Shown here: in pieces, positions 63,084 to 64,000 of the stretch | How the letters are laid out: the number at the start of each line of letters is the position of its first letter | Numbering within the stretch: position 1 is the first letter of the stretch | NCBI GenBank assembly: GCA_038248345.1 | Contig: JBBRXO010000001.1 | Span: 58,769 to 122,768, forward strand | DNA length: 64,000 bases | Reading direction: 5' to 3' | Source: Armatimonadota bacterium | Lineage (GTDB): Bacteria > Armatimonadota > Hebobacteria > CAIYQO01 | Notes under the pieces: generated by a model | Told to the model about the DNA's origin: nothing | Database searches by the model: none | What the model saw: only the letters and a program-made list of their open reading frames with translations | Position numbers and translations under genes: made by a program

Positions 63084-64000
63084 TAAATTGATTTCTCCCG
63101 GAGCCGGTCGGTGTAGTAGCGTATCAGATCAAATTTAGCATCCGGTGGGATGCGATGGTCAGGGCAAGGAATGAATCCGCCACCTGCGACGAGCTCCAGC
63201 AGGCGGTCTATCTCGGCATCAATGGCGGCACGATCTATAGCGAAGATGTTTTTGTCCATCCCGCCGACACCGCGTATTGCCTTACCGTATTTTTCACGCC
63301 AGGGAGCTATGGAGGCTTCCCAGGTGCCTACCTCGATGGGGAACATGGTGTTTACCCCATTATCCAGCCATGTCGGTATCAAAGAATCGATCATCCCGTC
63401 GCAGTCCAAGGAGATTATTTCAATTCCATGGTTCACCAGCAGTTCCGAAATCCGTTTATACTGCGGGCCGAACTTCTCTGCAAAGACGCGCGGGGAAACC
63501 AATGGGCCATTTTTGTAGCAGATATCTTCCCAGTAATGCGCGTAATCGAAGACCGCGCCAGTCGCCAGGGTTTCTTCCGCACAGCGGTAGCACAATGCAC
63601 CGAAGGTTTCGACGATCTCATCAAACAGCTCATCATCGTCCGCTTGCAGATAGGCCAAACCGGGCACGCCGGTGAAATTACGAAGCGTACCGCAAAGACT
63701 GCCAATATGCAAACCGCGGATACTCACCCCGTCATCTGCCGGTATCGCCGCCAACCGCTCGGGAGAATATTGCATGCGGGGCAGGTAGTGCTCTTCCCAG
63801 GATTCGCGATCTGTGAGAAGGTGGCCGATCTCCATGGGGATCGTCGCGCCCAAGGTCGGGTTCACCATCACGGTGACCCCACTGCCGTCCCGCATTATCT
63901 GCGAACCGTCTTCGCGAGTCTCCAGCACTTCTTCCGTAAAACCGGGCAGTAAGCCAGAGTTCGGGCTGACGGTTGGATTCCACTCGCAATCGAACCCCAG
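63083..64000 (-). CDS. Uroporphyrinogen-decarboxylase (URO-D)/MtaA-like family protein; N-terminus outside the window
   Basis: ORF track 63083..63928 (GTG). The frame stays open to position 64000 (LGFDCEWNPTVSPNSGLLPGFTEEVLETRE...), so the real start is probably off-window. SPRVFAEKFGPQYKRISELLVNHGIEIISLDCDG...GGGFIPCPDHRIPPDAKF fits URO-D-like TIM-barrel proteins. Confidence 0.7.
   Translation of the reverse strand: MGFDCEWNPTVSPNSGLLPGFTEEVLETREDGSQIMRDGSGVTVMVNPTLGATIPMEIGHLLTDRESWEEHYLPRMQYSPERLAAIPADDGVSIRGLHIGSLCGTLRNFTGVPGLAYLQADDDELFDEIVETFGALCYRCAEETLATGAVFDYAHYWEDICYKNGPLVSPRVFAEKFGPQYKRISELLVNHGIEIISLDCDGMIDSLIPTWLDNGVNTMFPIEVGTWEASIAPWREKYGKAIRGVGGMDKNIFAIDRAAIDAEIDRLLELVAGGGFIPCPDHRIPPDAKFDLIRYYTDRLREKSI

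Overview
This looks like a 64-kb chromosomal segment from a bacterium with Shine-Dalgarno-led genes and patchy base composition. Single 60-nt lines counted by hand range from 25% to 65% G+C. The coding content is rich in secreted carbohydrate-active proteins. A prepilin-type N-terminus, CBM9/DOMON-like modules and NHL propellers are reminiscent of Armatimonadota- or Planctomycetota-like genomes, but that is a weak inference. I support 43 protein-coding features, two of them cut by the window edges and one split by an in-frame stop. I saw no rRNA, tRNA or CRISPR array. Housekeeping genes (mnmE, dprA, thiL, mutS, a xerC-like recombinase, an M23 peptidase, a rhomboid protease, an Lrp regulator) are interleaved with five accessory blocks. 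(i) A GHL6-like glycosidase sits divergent from a three-gene secreted cluster at 2.1-11.2 kb. (ii) A DUF1778/GNAT (TacA/TacT-type) toxin-antitoxin pair lies at 21.3-22.1 kb. (iii) A two-gene secreted operon containing DUF3160 lies at 26.2-29.4 kb. (iv) A 1572-aa S55 (SpoIVB-type) peptidase mega-protein sits next to a pilin-like protein whose C-terminus resembles the LecA/PA-IL lectin (35.4-41.7 kb). (v) A ~16-kb glycoside-hydrolase/esterase island covers 47.5-64 kb: GHL6-like, GH78-like and GH13-like enzymes, two SGNH esterases, tandem paralogs, GH2 and a URO-D-like protein. The main non-coding observations are these. Two oppositely oriented copies of a ~160-bp element with 30-33-bp terminal inverted repeats bracket gene 47501..49465. 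A TTCCAAG-rich repeat family begins right at stop codons. Nested GC-rich palindromes follow some genes. An in-frame TAA splits an RcnA-like transporter. Homopolymer tracts sit in or near a secreted-protein gene. I did not find a convincing, complete new multi-gene system such as a defence system. The best candidates for follow-up are the MITE-like element family, the S55 mega-protein with the pilin-lectin, the tandem paralog pair inside the GH2/URO-D operon, and the M23 peptidase coupled to a degenerate histidine kinase. All family names come from motif recognition by eye and from memory. No database search was run.
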